From: Verrucomicrobia bacterium UBA2281 | Lineage (GTDB): Bacteria; Verrucomicrobiota; Kiritimatiellia; CAIQIC01; Lenti-01 | Assembly: GCA_002347655.1 (NCBI GenBank) | Contig: DDWR01000024.1 | Coordinates: 140,971 to 204,970 of the forward strand | Reading direction: 5' to 3' | Length of the DNA: 64,000 nucleotides | Shown: positions 25,140-34,308 of the stretch, piece by piece | How the letters are laid out: each line of letters opens with the position of its first letter | Position numbering within the stretch: position 1 is the first letter of the stretch | Notes under the pieces: generated by a model | Databases searched by the model: none | Seen by the model: only the letters and a program-made list of their open reading frames with translations | Told to the model about the DNA's origin: nothing | Translations under genes and position numbers: made by a program

Positions 25140-27560
25140 CTACTTCTTGGCCGGCTCGAGCGCGACCTTGGGCCGCACCGCCAGCATCGTCGGCGACGCG
25201 ATGAACGCCGAGGCGTAGGTGCCGGCAATCACGCCGACGAAGATCGCCAGCGCGAAGTCGAAGATGGCCCCGCCGCCGAACAGCATCAGCATGGCCACGC
25301 TCAGCAGCGTGGTCAGGGAGGTCAGCAACGTGCGCGCCAGCGTCGCGTTGATGCTCTCGTTGACCACGGCGGCGTCGAGCCGGCCGCCGCGCAGCTTGCG
25401 CGTTTCGCGGATGCGGTCGAACACCACGATCGTGTCGTTGACCGAATAGCCCAGCACGGTCAGCAGCGCGGCGATGCTGGTCATGGTCAGCTGCCGGCCC
25501 AGCAGGCAATAGATGCCCACGGTGATCAGCACGTTGTGCAGCAGGCCCACCACGGCGCCGACGGCGAACGAGAATTCGAAGCGGATCGTGATGTAGACGA
25601 TCATGCCGACGAGCGAGAGGCCGATGGCCAGCAGGCCGCTGCGCTGCAGCTCCTTGCCGACCTGCGGACCGACGGTGTCTTCCTGCACCAGCCTGAAGCC
25701 GTTGTCCGCGAACTGCTCGGCCAGCGCCGCCTGGGCGGCCGCGCCTTCTTCCGGATTGGCCACCTTGATGGCCAGCACTTCGTTCTGCGCTTCGCCCACG
25801 CCGCTGCGCTGGTACTGGATGCCGGCGCCGCGGGGCAGGGCCGCGCGCAGCGCGTCCACGTCCGCCTTCTGCGCGAAATCCAGCGTCAGCTGCTGGCCGC
25901 CCGTGAAGTCCACGCCGAAGTTCGCCGCGCCGCGCTGCCAGCCGACGAACGCCGACCCCGCGAGGAGGAGGACGGACGCGACCGCCGCGAATTTCCGCAG
26001 GCCCATGAAGTCGATCTTCGTTTCCCGGACCCACTGGGTCATCCCGAGACGGTGCAGCCAGCCGCGGTGCTCGAGGAACTCGAACACCATGCGCGTGCCG
26101 ACGATGGCCGTGTACATGCTCGCCACGATGCCGGCGGAGAGCGTGATGGCGAAGCCCTTGACGGGGCCCGAGCCCTGCCAGAACAGGATGACGGCCGTCA
26201 GCAGCGTCGTGACGTTCGCGTCGAAGATGGTGGAAAACGCCTTCTCGTAGCCGGCGGAAAGCGCGGCGCCGAAGCGCTTGCCCGTGCGCATTTCCTCGCG
26301 GATGCGCTCGAAAATCAGCACGTTGGCGTCCACCGCCATGCCGACCGTCAGCACGATGCCGGCGATGCCCGGCAGCGTCAGCACCGGCAGCGTCGTGGCG
26401 GACCCGCCCATGCCGGCCCCGCCCAGCAGGCCGAAGAAGCCGGCGACGACGATCATGCCCAGCGGCAGCAGCACCAGGTTCAGGAACAGCGCCAGCACGG
26501 CCACGAGGCCGGCGAAGTGGTAGTAGATCGCCATGAACACCGCCACGGCCCCGAAGCCGATCGCGGCCGCCCGCCAGCCGCTTTCGATGGAGTCCGTGCC
26601 CAGCGTCGGATCCACGGTGCGCTCTTCCAGCACGCGCAGCGGCGCCGGCAGCGCGCCCGCCCGCAGCACCAAGGCCAGGTCGTTCGCTTCATCCAGCGAG
26701 AAGGCGCCTTCGATGACCGCCTCGCCGCCGGGAATCGACGTGCGGATGAACGGCGCGGAATAGAGCGTGTTGTCCAGCACGATGCCCAGATAGTGCCGCC
26801 CGTTGGGATCGGGGTTCTTCGCTCCGCCCGGCGCGTGGTCGGCCGTCAGCTTGGCGAAGATCTTGCGGCCCTTGGCGTCGAACGAAATCTGCACGACCTT
26901 CTGGCCGAACTGCTGGTAGTCCACGCTGGCGGACTTGAGGCTGTCGCCGGTCAGTTCCGCCTTGCGGCTGACGTAGAAGGGCACGAAATAGTCCTTGTTC
27001 TGCACGGTGGTCTTTTCGAGCAGCAGGTCGTAGCCGGCCTTTTCTTCGAAGCGGCGCAGCGCGGCGCGCTCGGCCTCGGTGGGCGGCGGGCCCTTGCGGA
27101 CCCAGCAGTCGACGTTCGCGCGGCCGGGCAGCACGGCGACGTCGTAGCCGCCGGGCACCTTGCGGTCCGCGAACAGGTTCTTCACCAGCTCGTCGTTCTT
27201 GGGATGCACCATGCGGAATTCGAGGAACGCGGCCTTGCGGATGTTGGCCGAGGCGCGCTCGCGGTCCTCCGCCTTCATGCCGGGAATCTGCACCACGATG
27301 CGCTTTTCGCCGTCCGGATAGATCGTCGGTTCAGCCACGCCCATGGAGTCCACGCGGTTGCGGACGACTTCCAGCGCGCGGTCGCGCGCGTCCGCCACGG
27401 AGCCTTCCAGGCCCTGGCTGTCGTCGATTTCCAGCGTGTAGCTCGTGCCGCCCTGCAGGTCCAGGCCCAGCTTGATTTTTTCCTTCGGCGGAATCACCAG
27501 CGCGACGCTCCACGCGGTCGCCACCACCAAGATCAGCCATTTCCAGATCGATGCCTTCAT
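25140..27560 (-). CDS. secDF: Protein translocase subunit SecDF (fused)
   Basis: 806 aa. SecD-like N-terminus MKASIWKWLILVVATAWSVALV... and a SecF-like C-terminus with two sets of six transmembrane helices. Confidence 0.9.
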   Translation of the reverse strand: MKASIWKWLILVVATAWSVALVIPPKEKIKLGLDLQGGTSYTLEIDDSQGLEGSVADARDRALEVVRNRVDSMGVAEPTIYPDGEKRIVVQIPGMKAEDRERASANIRKAAFLEFRMVHPKNDELVKNLFADRKVPGGYDVAVLPGRANVDCWVRKGPPPTEAERAALRRFEEKAGYDLLLEKTTVQNKDYFVPFYVSRKAELTGDSLKSASVDYQQFGQKVVQISFDAKGRKIFAKLTADHAPGGAKNPDPNGRHYLGIVLDNTLYSAPFIRTSIPGGEAVIEGAFSLDEANDLALVLRAGALPAPLRVLEERTVDPTLGTDSIESGWRAAAIGFGAVAVFMAIYYHFAGLVAVLALFLNLVLLPLGMIVVAGFFGLLGGAGMGGSATTLPVLTLPGIAGIVLTVGMAVDANVLIFERIREEMRTGKRFGAALSAGYEKAFSTIFDANVTTLLTAVILFWQGSGPVKGFAITLSAGIVASMYTAIVGTRMVFEFLEHRGWLHRLGMTQWVRETKIDFMGLRKFAAVASVLLLAGSAFVGWQRGAANFGVDFTGGQQLTLDFAQKADVDALRAALPRGAGIQYQRSGVGEAQNEVLAIKVANPEEGAAAQAALAEQFADNGFRLVQEDTVGPQVGKELQRSGLLAIGLSLVGMIVYITIRFEFSFAVGAVVGLLHNVLITVGIYCLLGRQLTMTSIAALLTVLGYSVNDTIVVFDRIRETRKLRGGRLDAAVVNESINATLARTLLTSLTTLLSVAMLMLFGGGAIFDFALAIFVGVIAGTYASAFIASPTMLAVRPKVALEPAKK

Positions 27561-27623
27561 AGTTCTTGCTTCCCGTGTTGCCCGGCGGACCCCGCCGGAA
27601 AATTCCCTGGTTGCCCCGGCGGC

Positions 27624-27974
27624 CTAGGCCTTCGGCTCCGGCTCCGGCGCTTCGCCTTTGTCGAGCACCTGCGAGACCGCCCCGCGGACGATCTCCACCT
27701 TCACGCCGTCGGCGATCTTGACGATCAGCGTCTTCTCCTTGACGTTCGCCACCACGCCGAGGAACCCGCCGCCGAAGAGCACGCGGTCGCCCGTCTTCAC
27801 GGCGCCCAGCAGCGCCTGGCGCTCCTTCTCGCGCCGCTTCTGGGGGCGGATGAGCATGAAATAGAACAGCAGGACCATCAGGCCCAGCCACACGAACATG
27901 AACGCACCCGACTGCTGCGGCGCGCCTTCGGCCCCGGGGGCCGGCGCCATCGCCAAGATCGCCATTCCATTCAT
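27624..27974 (-). CDS. yajC: Preprotein translocase subunit YajC
   Basis: LLFYFMLIRPQKRREKERQALLGAVKTGDRV... Confidence 0.85.
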   Translation of the reverse strand: MNGMAILAMAPAPGAEGAPQQSGAFMFVWLGLMVLLFYFMLIRPQKRREKERQALLGAVKTGDRVLFGGGFLGVVANVKEKTLIVKIADGVKVEIVRGAVSQVLDKGEAPEPEPKA

Positions 27975-27994
27975 CGTCGTTTCCTCTCTTGCCG

Positions 27995-29146
27995 CTAGGC
28001 TCCGGCCGCGGCGCCGGGTCCCGCCGCGTGCGGCCCGTACGCCTGGGCCGTCTCCGCGCGGAACGCTTCGAACGTTCCCTCCCGGAGGCTCTGCCGCATC
28101 CGGGCGATGAAATCAAAATAACACTGCATGTTGTGCAGCGCCGTCAGGCGGACCCCGAGGATCTCGCCCACGTTCAGCAGGTGCCGCACGTAGCTCCGGC
28201 TGAACCGCCGGCACGCCGGGCAGGTGCACCCTTCCTCCAGCGGCCGGTCGTCCAGACGGTTGAACGCCGCCCGCACCGAATACCGGCCCGCGCGGGTGAA
28301 CACCGTCCCGTGCCGCGCCAGCCGCGTCGGCATCACGCAGTCGAACATGTCCACGCCCAGCGCCACCGACTCGGCCATCTGCCAGAACTGGCCGACGCCC
28401 ATCAGGTAGCGCGGACGCTCCCGCGGCAGCAGATCCGCCGTCATGCGCACGCCCGGCATGATCAGGTCCTCCGGCTCGCCGACGCTCACGCCGCCGATGG
28501 CAAAGCCGTCGAAGGCGCCGAGTTCCCGCAAGCCCTTGGCGCAACGCTCCCGCAATTCCGGGTACACGCCGCCCTGGACGATGCCGAACACCAGCTGTCC
28601 CGCCGCGCGGGGCTGCTGGGCACATTTGGCCGCCCACGATAGGGTCCGGTCCACCGCTTGGCAAGCGTATTCCGGGGTGCACGGACACGGCGGGCACTCG
28701 TCGAACGCCATCGCGATGTCGGACCCCAAGATCCGCTGGATCGCCATGCTTTCCTTCGGCCCCATGAACATCTTCGTGCCGTCCACGTGCGACTGGAACC
28801 AGACCCCGTCCGGGGTCATCTGCCGCAGATGCGTCAGGCTGAACACCTGGTAGCCGCCGCTGTCCGTCAGGATCGCCCGCTTCCAGTCCTGGAACCGGTG
28901 CAGGCCCCCCGCCTTCTCGATCACGTCCATCCCGGGGCGCACGTTGAGGTGGTAGGTGTTCCCCAGCAGGATTTCGCAGTTCAGCGCCTCCAACTCCCAC
29001 GGCGCCATGGATTTCACCGTCGCCTGGGTGCCCACCGGCATGAACACCGGCGTGTCCACCGGCCCGTGCGCCGTCCAGAGCCGCCCCAACCGCGCCTGGG
29101 ACCCGGAATCCTCCCGCAAAATCTCGAATGTGCCGGTTTCGGACAT
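27995..29146 (-). CDS. tgt: Queuine tRNA-ribosyltransferase
   Basis: MSETGTFEILREDSGSQARLGRLWTAHGPVDTPVFMPVGTQATVK...TDSGGYQ...CTCPACRRF zinc site. ATG at 29146 verified. Confidence 0.9.
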   Translation of the reverse strand: MSETGTFEILREDSGSQARLGRLWTAHGPVDTPVFMPVGTQATVKSMAPWELEALNCEILLGNTYHLNVRPGMDVIEKAGGLHRFQDWKRAILTDSGGYQVFSLTHLRQMTPDGVWFQSHVDGTKMFMGPKESMAIQRILGSDIAMAFDECPPCPCTPEYACQAVDRTLSWAAKCAQQPRAAGQLVFGIVQGGVYPELRERCAKGLRELGAFDGFAIGGVSVGEPEDLIMPGVRMTADLLPRERPRYLMGVGQFWQMAESVALGVDMFDCVMPTRLARHGTVFTRAGRYSVRAAFNRLDDRPLEEGCTCPACRRFSRSYVRHLLNVGEILGVRLTALHNMQCYFDFIARMRQSLREGTFEAFRAETAQAYGPHAAGPGAAAGA

Positions 29147-29331
29147 GAAGGGGGGCACTCTACCCTCCCCGCCCCCCCTTGTCGAGGCCCAGAAACCGCC
29201 TTTTCTCCAAAATTCCCAGCGATTTACATGACGTTTGCCCCGGCCTGTGCTAGATTGCGCCCATCGAAACGGCGGAAGCCCCGCGCTCTCCGCCGACAAA
29301 CCATGGAAACACAACGAAAGGACCCCATCCC

Positions 29332-29826
29332 ATGATCAGCAAGAAAATGGCCCAGGAAATCAACGCCCAGATCAACCGCGAATTCTTCTCGGCCTTCCTA
29401 TACCTCGCCATGGCTAACGACGCCGCCGACAAGGGTTTCCTCGGCACCTACAAATGGATGAGCATCCAGTTCAAGGAAGAGCAGGAGCACGCCCTCAAGT
29501 TCGCCAAGTACCTCCAGGACCAGGGCGAAAAGGTCGTCCTGAGCGCCATGGACGCCCCCCAGACCGAGTGGAAAGGCATCCTCGACATGTTCCAGGACGC
29601 CCTCCTGCACGAAAAGAAGGTCACGGCTTGGATCAACGACCTGAACACCCTCGCCCTCGCCGAAAAGGACTACGCCACCCAGAGCATGCTGCGCTGGTTC
29701 ATCGACGAACAGGTCGAGGAAGAAGCCAACTGCAACGAAGCCATCCAAGCCCTTTCGATGGTCGGCGCTTCCGCCAACGGCCTCTACATGATGGACCGCC
29801 AGCTCGGCAAGCGCGTCGCCGACTAG
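29332..29826 (+). CDS. ftn: Non-haem ferritin
   Basis: Ferritin-like di-iron residues (REFFSAFLYLAMA...EEQEHALKFAKYL...). RBS AAAGGA upstream. Confidence 0.9.
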   Translation: MISKKMAQEINAQINREFFSAFLYLAMANDAADKGFLGTYKWMSIQFKEEQEHALKFAKYLQDQGEKVVLSAMDAPQTEWKGILDMFQDALLHEKKVTAWINDLNTLALAEKDYATQSMLRWFIDEQVEEEANCNEAIQALSMVGASANGLYMMDRQLGKRVAD

Positions 29827-29846
29827 GCGTGCGGAGCGACGTCTCC

Positions 29847-29877
29847 GGCGGGCGGCCAAGGCCGCCCGCCTTTTTTT
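29847..29877 (+). terminator. Rho-independent terminator of ftn (CCGGCGGGCGGCC-aa-GGCCGCCCGCC then TTTTTTT)
   Basis: Perfect 11-bp GC stem followed by seven T. Confidence 0.8.
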
Positions 29878-29893
29878 GCCCCGCCGGGCGGGG

Positions 29894-30040
29894 TTTTACG
29901 TAGAACATAAAAAGTAGTTTTACGTGGAACGTAAAAACTTTCGCGCGGTTTTACGTGGAACGTAAAAACTTTCGCGCGGTTTTACGTGGAACGTAAAAAC
30001 TTTCGCGCGGTTTTACGTGGAACGTAAAAACTTTGCGGAC
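29894..30040. repeat. Tandem array of 31-bp units (TTTTACGTGGAACGTAAAAACTTTCGCGCGG), four full copies plus a degenerate leading copy. Each unit carries the 19-bp palindrome TTTTACGT-gga-ACGTAAAA.
   Basis: Read directly from the sequence. Units begin at 29918, 29949, 29980 and 30011; a degenerate copy sits at 29894. The array lies between the convergent ftn and potD terminators. Confidence 0.9.
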
Positions 30041-30052
30041 GGAATAAACGAC

Positions 30053-30079
30053 GCGGCCCGCCGGAGGCCGGCGGGCCGC
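30053..30079 (-). terminator. Terminator hairpin of potD (GCGGCCCGCCGG-agg-CCGGCGGGCCGC)
   Basis: Perfect 12-bp stem downstream of the potD stop. A T-rich run follows on the minus strand. Confidence 0.6.
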
Positions 30080-30100
30080 GCGGACCGTTTCCCGAAGCCG

Positions 30101-31138
30101 CTATTCGCCGGCTTTGATCTCGTCCCAGAGCTTGGTGTACTTGACGTTGTTCTCGCCGAGGTCGGCCAAGGTCTCGAGCTTGGCGACGACGTCCGCCGGC
30201 GGGAACAGGATGGGATCCTCCCGGATTTCCTCGGAGAGCAGCTCGTAGCTGGGCCGGTTCGGGCAGAGGAAGTAGATGAACTCGGTCAGCTCGGCGGCGG
30301 CCTGCGGCTCGAGGATGAAGTTGATCATCTTGTGGGCCAGCTCGGGCTGCGGCGCGCCGACGGGGATCACCATGTCGTCGAAGTTGATCTGCGAGCCTTC
30401 CTCGGGCACCGCGATCTGGATATCCTCGTTCTCGGCCTGCACGAGCATCAGGTCGCCGCTGTAGCCGTGGACGAGCAGGAATTCGCCGGAGGCGAGGCCG
30501 TTCTTGTATTGCTCGTTCTCGAACTTGGCGAGGTTCTTCTTCCAGCGCAGGACGACCTCCTTGGCCGCGGCCAGCTCGGCGTCGTCGATCGTGTTCAGGC
30601 TGTAGCCGAGGTGCTTGAGGGCGACGCCGATGACTTCGCGGTGGTCGTTGAGCATCGTCATGCGGCCCTTGAGGTCGGCGCGGTCGAGCATGGCCCAGGT
30701 GGGCTGGAAATCCTTCACCTTGCTGCCGAGATAGCCCAGGCAGGTGATCGTGACCGTGTAGGGCACGCTGTGGTCCATGGCCTGGTCGAACGCCAGCTTC
30801 ATGTAGTCCGGATCGATGTTCTTGCGGTTGGGGATCAGGTCCAGGTTCAGCTTCTGCAGCATGCCCTGGTCGTTCATGATCTTGACCATGTAGCTGCTCG
30901 GGAACAGCAGGTCGTAGCCCGTCGCGCCGGCCTTGAGCTTGGCGTACATTTCCTCGTTGGAGGCATAGGTGTCGACCACGACCCGGCAGTGGTTCTCGCG
31001 CTCGAACTGCTTCACGAGTTCGGGCTTGATGTAGTCCGACCAGGTGTAGACGTGCAGCGTCGGTTTCTTCTCCGCGCAGCCGGCCAGGGCCGCGACGGCC
31101 GCGGCCAGCGCCAGCGCCGTCCAGATGTTCTTCGTCAT
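30101..31138 (-). CDS. potD: Spermidine/putrescine ABC transporter substrate-binding lipoprotein PotD
   Basis: Lipoprotein signal MTKNIWTALALAAAVAALAGC. PotD-like periplasmic binding fold. Strong RBS AAGGAGGAAC before the ATG at 31138. Confidence 0.9.
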   Translation of the reverse strand: MTKNIWTALALAAAVAALAGCAEKKPTLHVYTWSDYIKPELVKQFERENHCRVVVDTYASNEEMYAKLKAGATGYDLLFPSSYMVKIMNDQGMLQKLNLDLIPNRKNIDPDYMKLAFDQAMDHSVPYTVTITCLGYLGSKVKDFQPTWAMLDRADLKGRMTMLNDHREVIGVALKHLGYSLNTIDDAELAAAKEVVLRWKKNLAKFENEQYKNGLASGEFLLVHGYSGDLMLVQAENEDIQIAVPEEGSQINFDDMVIPVGAPQPELAHKMINFILEPQAAAELTEFIYFLCPNRPSYELLSEEIREDPILFPPADVVAKLETLADLGENNVKYTKLWDEIKAGE

Positions 31139-31174
31139 GGTCCGTTCCTCCTTGGATGGTTTGTTCAAATCGGT

Positions 31175-31957
31175 TCAGGCCGCCGGCCGGCCGCGGTTGG
31201 ACAGGTACTGGCTGGCGATCACGCACAGGAAGGTGATGGCCAGCAGGATGGTCGAGAGCGCGTTGATCAGCGGCGGCGCGCCGTACTTGATCATGCTGTA
31301 GATCTTGATCGGCAGCGTCGTCGAGCCCGGCCCCGCCACGAAGAAGGAGATGACGAAGTCGTCGATGGAGAGCGTGAAGGCCAGCAGGCCGCCGGCGAGG
31401 ATGCCGGGCGCCAGCATGGGCAGCAGCACCTTCCAGACCGTGGTCCACCACCCCGCGCCGAGGTCCTGCGCGGCCTCGATGATCGCGAAATCGAAGTCCT
31501 GCAGCCGCGCCAGCACCGTCATGGCCACGTAGGACAGGCAGAAGGTCACGTGCGCGACGGCGATCGTCGCCAGCCCGAGCTGCACCTTCAGCGCCACGAA
31601 GAAGAGCAGCATGCTCAGGCCCATCAGGATTTCCGGCAGCACCAGCGGCGTGTAGATGATGCTGTAGTGCAGTTTCTGCAGCTTGCTGCCCGCGAACCGG
31701 TGCAGCGCGAACGCCGCCGACGTGCCCAGCACCATCGAGATCAGCGTCGCCGCCGTCGCGATGGCCAGCGTGTTGGTCAGCGCGTGCCAGATGCTCGGCT
31801 CGTTCATCAGGCGGACGTACCACTTCAGCGAGGTGGATTCCCACGAGCCGCCGAACCGCGACGAGTTGAAGGAGTTCGCCACCAGGATCACGATGGGCAC
31901 GTAGAAGAACGCGATCACCGCCCAGGTGACGATCAGGGGCAAGCGGCTGGGTTTCAT
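31175..31957 (-). CDS. potC: Spermidine/putrescine ABC transporter permease PotC
   Basis: Six transmembrane helices and the EAA loop IIEAAQDLGAGWWTTVWKVLLP. Confidence 0.9.
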   Translation of the reverse strand: MKPSRLPLIVTWAVIAFFYVPIVILVANSFNSSRFGGSWESTSLKWYVRLMNEPSIWHALTNTLAIATAATLISMVLGTSAAFALHRFAGSKLQKLHYSIIYTPLVLPEILMGLSMLLFFVALKVQLGLATIAVAHVTFCLSYVAMTVLARLQDFDFAIIEAAQDLGAGWWTTVWKVLLPMLAPGILAGGLLAFTLSIDDFVISFFVAGPGSTTLPIKIYSMIKYGAPPLINALSTILLAITFLCVIASQYLSNRGRPAA

Positions 31958-31961
31958 GGCC

Positions 31962-32840
31962 TCAGACCCCTTCTTCCCGCAAGGCGTCCTTGGGGCTTTC
32001 CTTCCGCCGCAGGGCGGTGATGGCCACCATCGGGATCAGCACCGCCACCGTCAGCAGGGCCGAGAGGCCCGCCGCGTGCGGCAGGTTGCGGTCCACGAAG
32101 GTCCGCTGCGCGATCTTGTTGCCGATCATCTCGCTGGTGGGCCCGCCGACGATGTCGGGAATCACGTAGGACCCCAGCGACGGGATGAACACCATCAGGA
32201 ACGCGGTCAGCAGCCCGACGCGGATGCCCGGCAGGAAGATCTTCCGGAAGGCCAGGAACGAGGTGGCGCCCAGGTCCTTCGCGGCCTCGATCAGCCGGAA
32301 GTCGAATTTTTCCGACGCGGCGTAGATCGGCAGGATGGCGAAGGGCAGCTCGGTGTAGACCATCACCAGCAGCACCGCGTAGGCGTTGTAGAGCAGCGAC
32401 GTCTCCGGCGCGATCAGGCCGAGCAAGACCAGCCCGTGCTTGAGCATCCCTTCCGGGTGCAGCAGGACTTTCCACGCGAAGATGCGCACGAGGAAGCTCG
32501 TCCAGAACGGCAGGATCACCAGCAGCAGCACCAGCCGCCGCCGCGCCGGGCTCACCCGCGCCATGTAGTAGCCCATCGGCGTCGCCAGCAGGATGCACAG
32601 GGCCGTCGCCGCCACGCTCAGCCAGAGCGTGCGCGCCACGATCGCCGGATAGTTCGGGTTGCCCAGCGTGCGCAGCGTGGCCAGCGTCCACCCTTCCCCG
32701 ATGCCGCCGTAGGGCGTCGCCGGCTTGAACATGATCGCGAACACCAGCGCCGTCGGCACCAGGAACAGCAGCAGCAGCCAGAGGAACGACGGCAGCGTGA
32801 CCAGCCACTCGGACAGCTTGCGGCGGCGCTCGGCCTTCAT
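31962..32840 (-). CDS. potB: Spermidine/putrescine ABC transporter permease PotB
   Basis: MKAERRRKLSEWLVTLPSFLWLLLLFLVP...IEAAKDLGATSFLAFRKIFLP. The ATG at 32840 overlaps the potA stop. Confidence 0.9.
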   Translation of the reverse strand: MKAERRRKLSEWLVTLPSFLWLLLLFLVPTALVFAIMFKPATPYGGIGEGWTLATLRTLGNPNYPAIVARTLWLSVAATALCILLATPMGYYMARVSPARRRLVLLLVILPFWTSFLVRIFAWKVLLHPEGMLKHGLVLLGLIAPETSLLYNAYAVLLVMVYTELPFAILPIYAASEKFDFRLIEAAKDLGATSFLAFRKIFLPGIRVGLLTAFLMVFIPSLGSYVIPDIVGGPTSEMIGNKIAQRTFVDRNLPHAAGLSALLTVAVLIPMVAITALRRKESPKDALREEGV

Positions 32841-34165
32841 CGCCCCGCGGCCCCCGCCGGGACCGCGCCGGCCGCCGGCGCGCGCACCAGGATCTGGTTG
32901 CTTTCGGTCGTCTCGCCGACTTCCTCGGGCGGCAGCTGGATGAGGTTTTCGTCCTGCTCGCTGTACTTCTCCAGCATGAACCCGTCGTCCGCGTGCCAAC
33001 TGACCCAGACCCGTTCCCCCCAGCGGATCGGTTTTTCGTCCAGCAGGAACCGGCTGTGCTGGCGGATCACCGAAATGCGGTAGTCGCCCGTCCGCACCCA
33101 GTATTTCGTCTGCGACCCGAGGTAGATCACGTCCTCCACCCGGCCTTCGATGACGTTCAGGTGGGGCCCGGGCTCCGGGCGCTCGCGCGAAATGCGCAGC
33201 TTTTCGGGCCGGATGCTCAGGAAGACGTGCTCGCCTTCCTTGATCTGCTTGTCGTTGAAGCATTCCAGGTCGGGGAAATCCTCGATCTTCAGGCGGCTGT
33301 AGTCCTTGTCCACCGCGACGGACAGGAAGCCGTCCAGCACGGAATTCTTCTCCAGCGGCTCCGCCACGGTGCCGTCGAAGAAATTCGTGTCGCCGATGAA
33401 GGCGGCGACGAAGCTGGACCGCGGCGCCTCGTAGATCTCCGCCGGCGTCCCCAGCTGCTCGATCTTGCCGAGCTTCATCACCGCGATGCGGTCGGAGAGG
33501 CTCATGGCCTCGCCCTGGTCGTGGGTGACGTAGAGGAAGGTGATGCCCACCTCGTCGTGGATGAGGTCCAGCTCGATCAGCATGCGCTGGCGCAGCTTGA
33601 GGTCCAGCGCGGCCAGCGGCTCGTCCAGCAGCAGGACGCGCGGCTTGTTCACCAGCGCGCGCGCGATCGCCACGCGCTGCTTCTGTCCGCCCGAGATCTG
33701 GTCGGGTTTCTTCCAGGCCTGGTCTTCCATCTGGATCAAGGTCAGCATCCGCGCGACCTCGTCCTTGATCTCCCGCTTCGGCCGCTTGGCCACCTTGAGG
33801 CCGAAGGCGATGTTGTCCCAGACGGACAGGTGCGGGAAGAGCGCGTAGCTCTGGAAAATGGTGTTGACCTTGCGCTCGTAGGGCGGCAGATCGGTCACGT
33901 CCTCGCCCCCCAGCAGCACGCGGCCGGTGTCCGGCTGCTCGAACCCGGCCAGGATGCGCAGCAACGTCGTCTTCCCGCAGCCGCTCGGCCCCAGCAGCGA
34001 GAAGAACTCGCCCTGCTTGACGGTCAACGACACGTGGTCGACCGCCTTCACCGCGCCGTAGTGCTTGGAAACGTCTTCGAATACCAGGAACTCGCTCACA
34101 GGCCTCTGCGTCCTCCGTTTTCGGACGCCGGAACCGCTGGTCTCCGCCGCCAGAATTTTTCGCAT
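32837..34165 (-). CDS. potA: Spermidine/putrescine ABC transporter ATPase PotA
   Basis: Walker A GPSGCGKTT, signature LSGGQKQRVAIARAL, Walker B LLLDEPL, and a C-terminal TOBE domain. ATG at 34165; an alternative GTG at 34099 carries a GGAGGA RBS. Confidence 0.85.
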   Translation of the reverse strand: MRKILAAETSGSGVRKRRTQRPVSEFLVFEDVSKHYGAVKAVDHVSLTVKQGEFFSLLGPSGCGKTTLLRILAGFEQPDTGRVLLGGEDVTDLPPYERKVNTIFQSYALFPHLSVWDNIAFGLKVAKRPKREIKDEVARMLTLIQMEDQAWKKPDQISGGQKQRVAIARALVNKPRVLLLDEPLAALDLKLRQRMLIELDLIHDEVGITFLYVTHDQGEAMSLSDRIAVMKLGKIEQLGTPAEIYEAPRSSFVAAFIGDTNFFDGTVAEPLEKNSVLDGFLSVAVDKDYSRLKIEDFPDLECFNDKQIKEGEHVFLSIRPEKLRISRERPEPGPHLNVIEGRVEDVIYLGSQTKYWVRTGDYRISVIRQHSRFLLDEKPIRWGERVWVSWHADDGFMLEKYSEQDENLIQLPPEEVGETTESNQILVRAPAAGAVPAGAAGR

Positions 34166-34308
34166 TATGAAACAGCCTCCCCCCAATTCAATCAAAACTT
34201 TCGCGGCGCGCTCGGCGTTTGACTTGGCGCCCCGGTTGCGCGATAAAAGGCACCGCGAAAGCCCTGGCCCGCACCGGGCGGATCCGGGGCCCGCGTGGAG
34301 TCCGAAAC

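Noticed and set aside
22218-27998. Long alternative-frame ORFs (22218..24509-, 22550..25204+, 24930..27998+, 25012..26034-)
   Set aside because: They are superseded by the GT1, recJ and secDF genes with clear motifs. Their products are R/G/A/P-biased without domains.
29894-30040. Possible CRISPR array
   Set aside because: Repeats are contiguous. The 12-bp inter-palindrome segments are identical rather than variable spacers, and no cas genes lie nearby. Better described as a REP/BIME-like tandem palindrome array.
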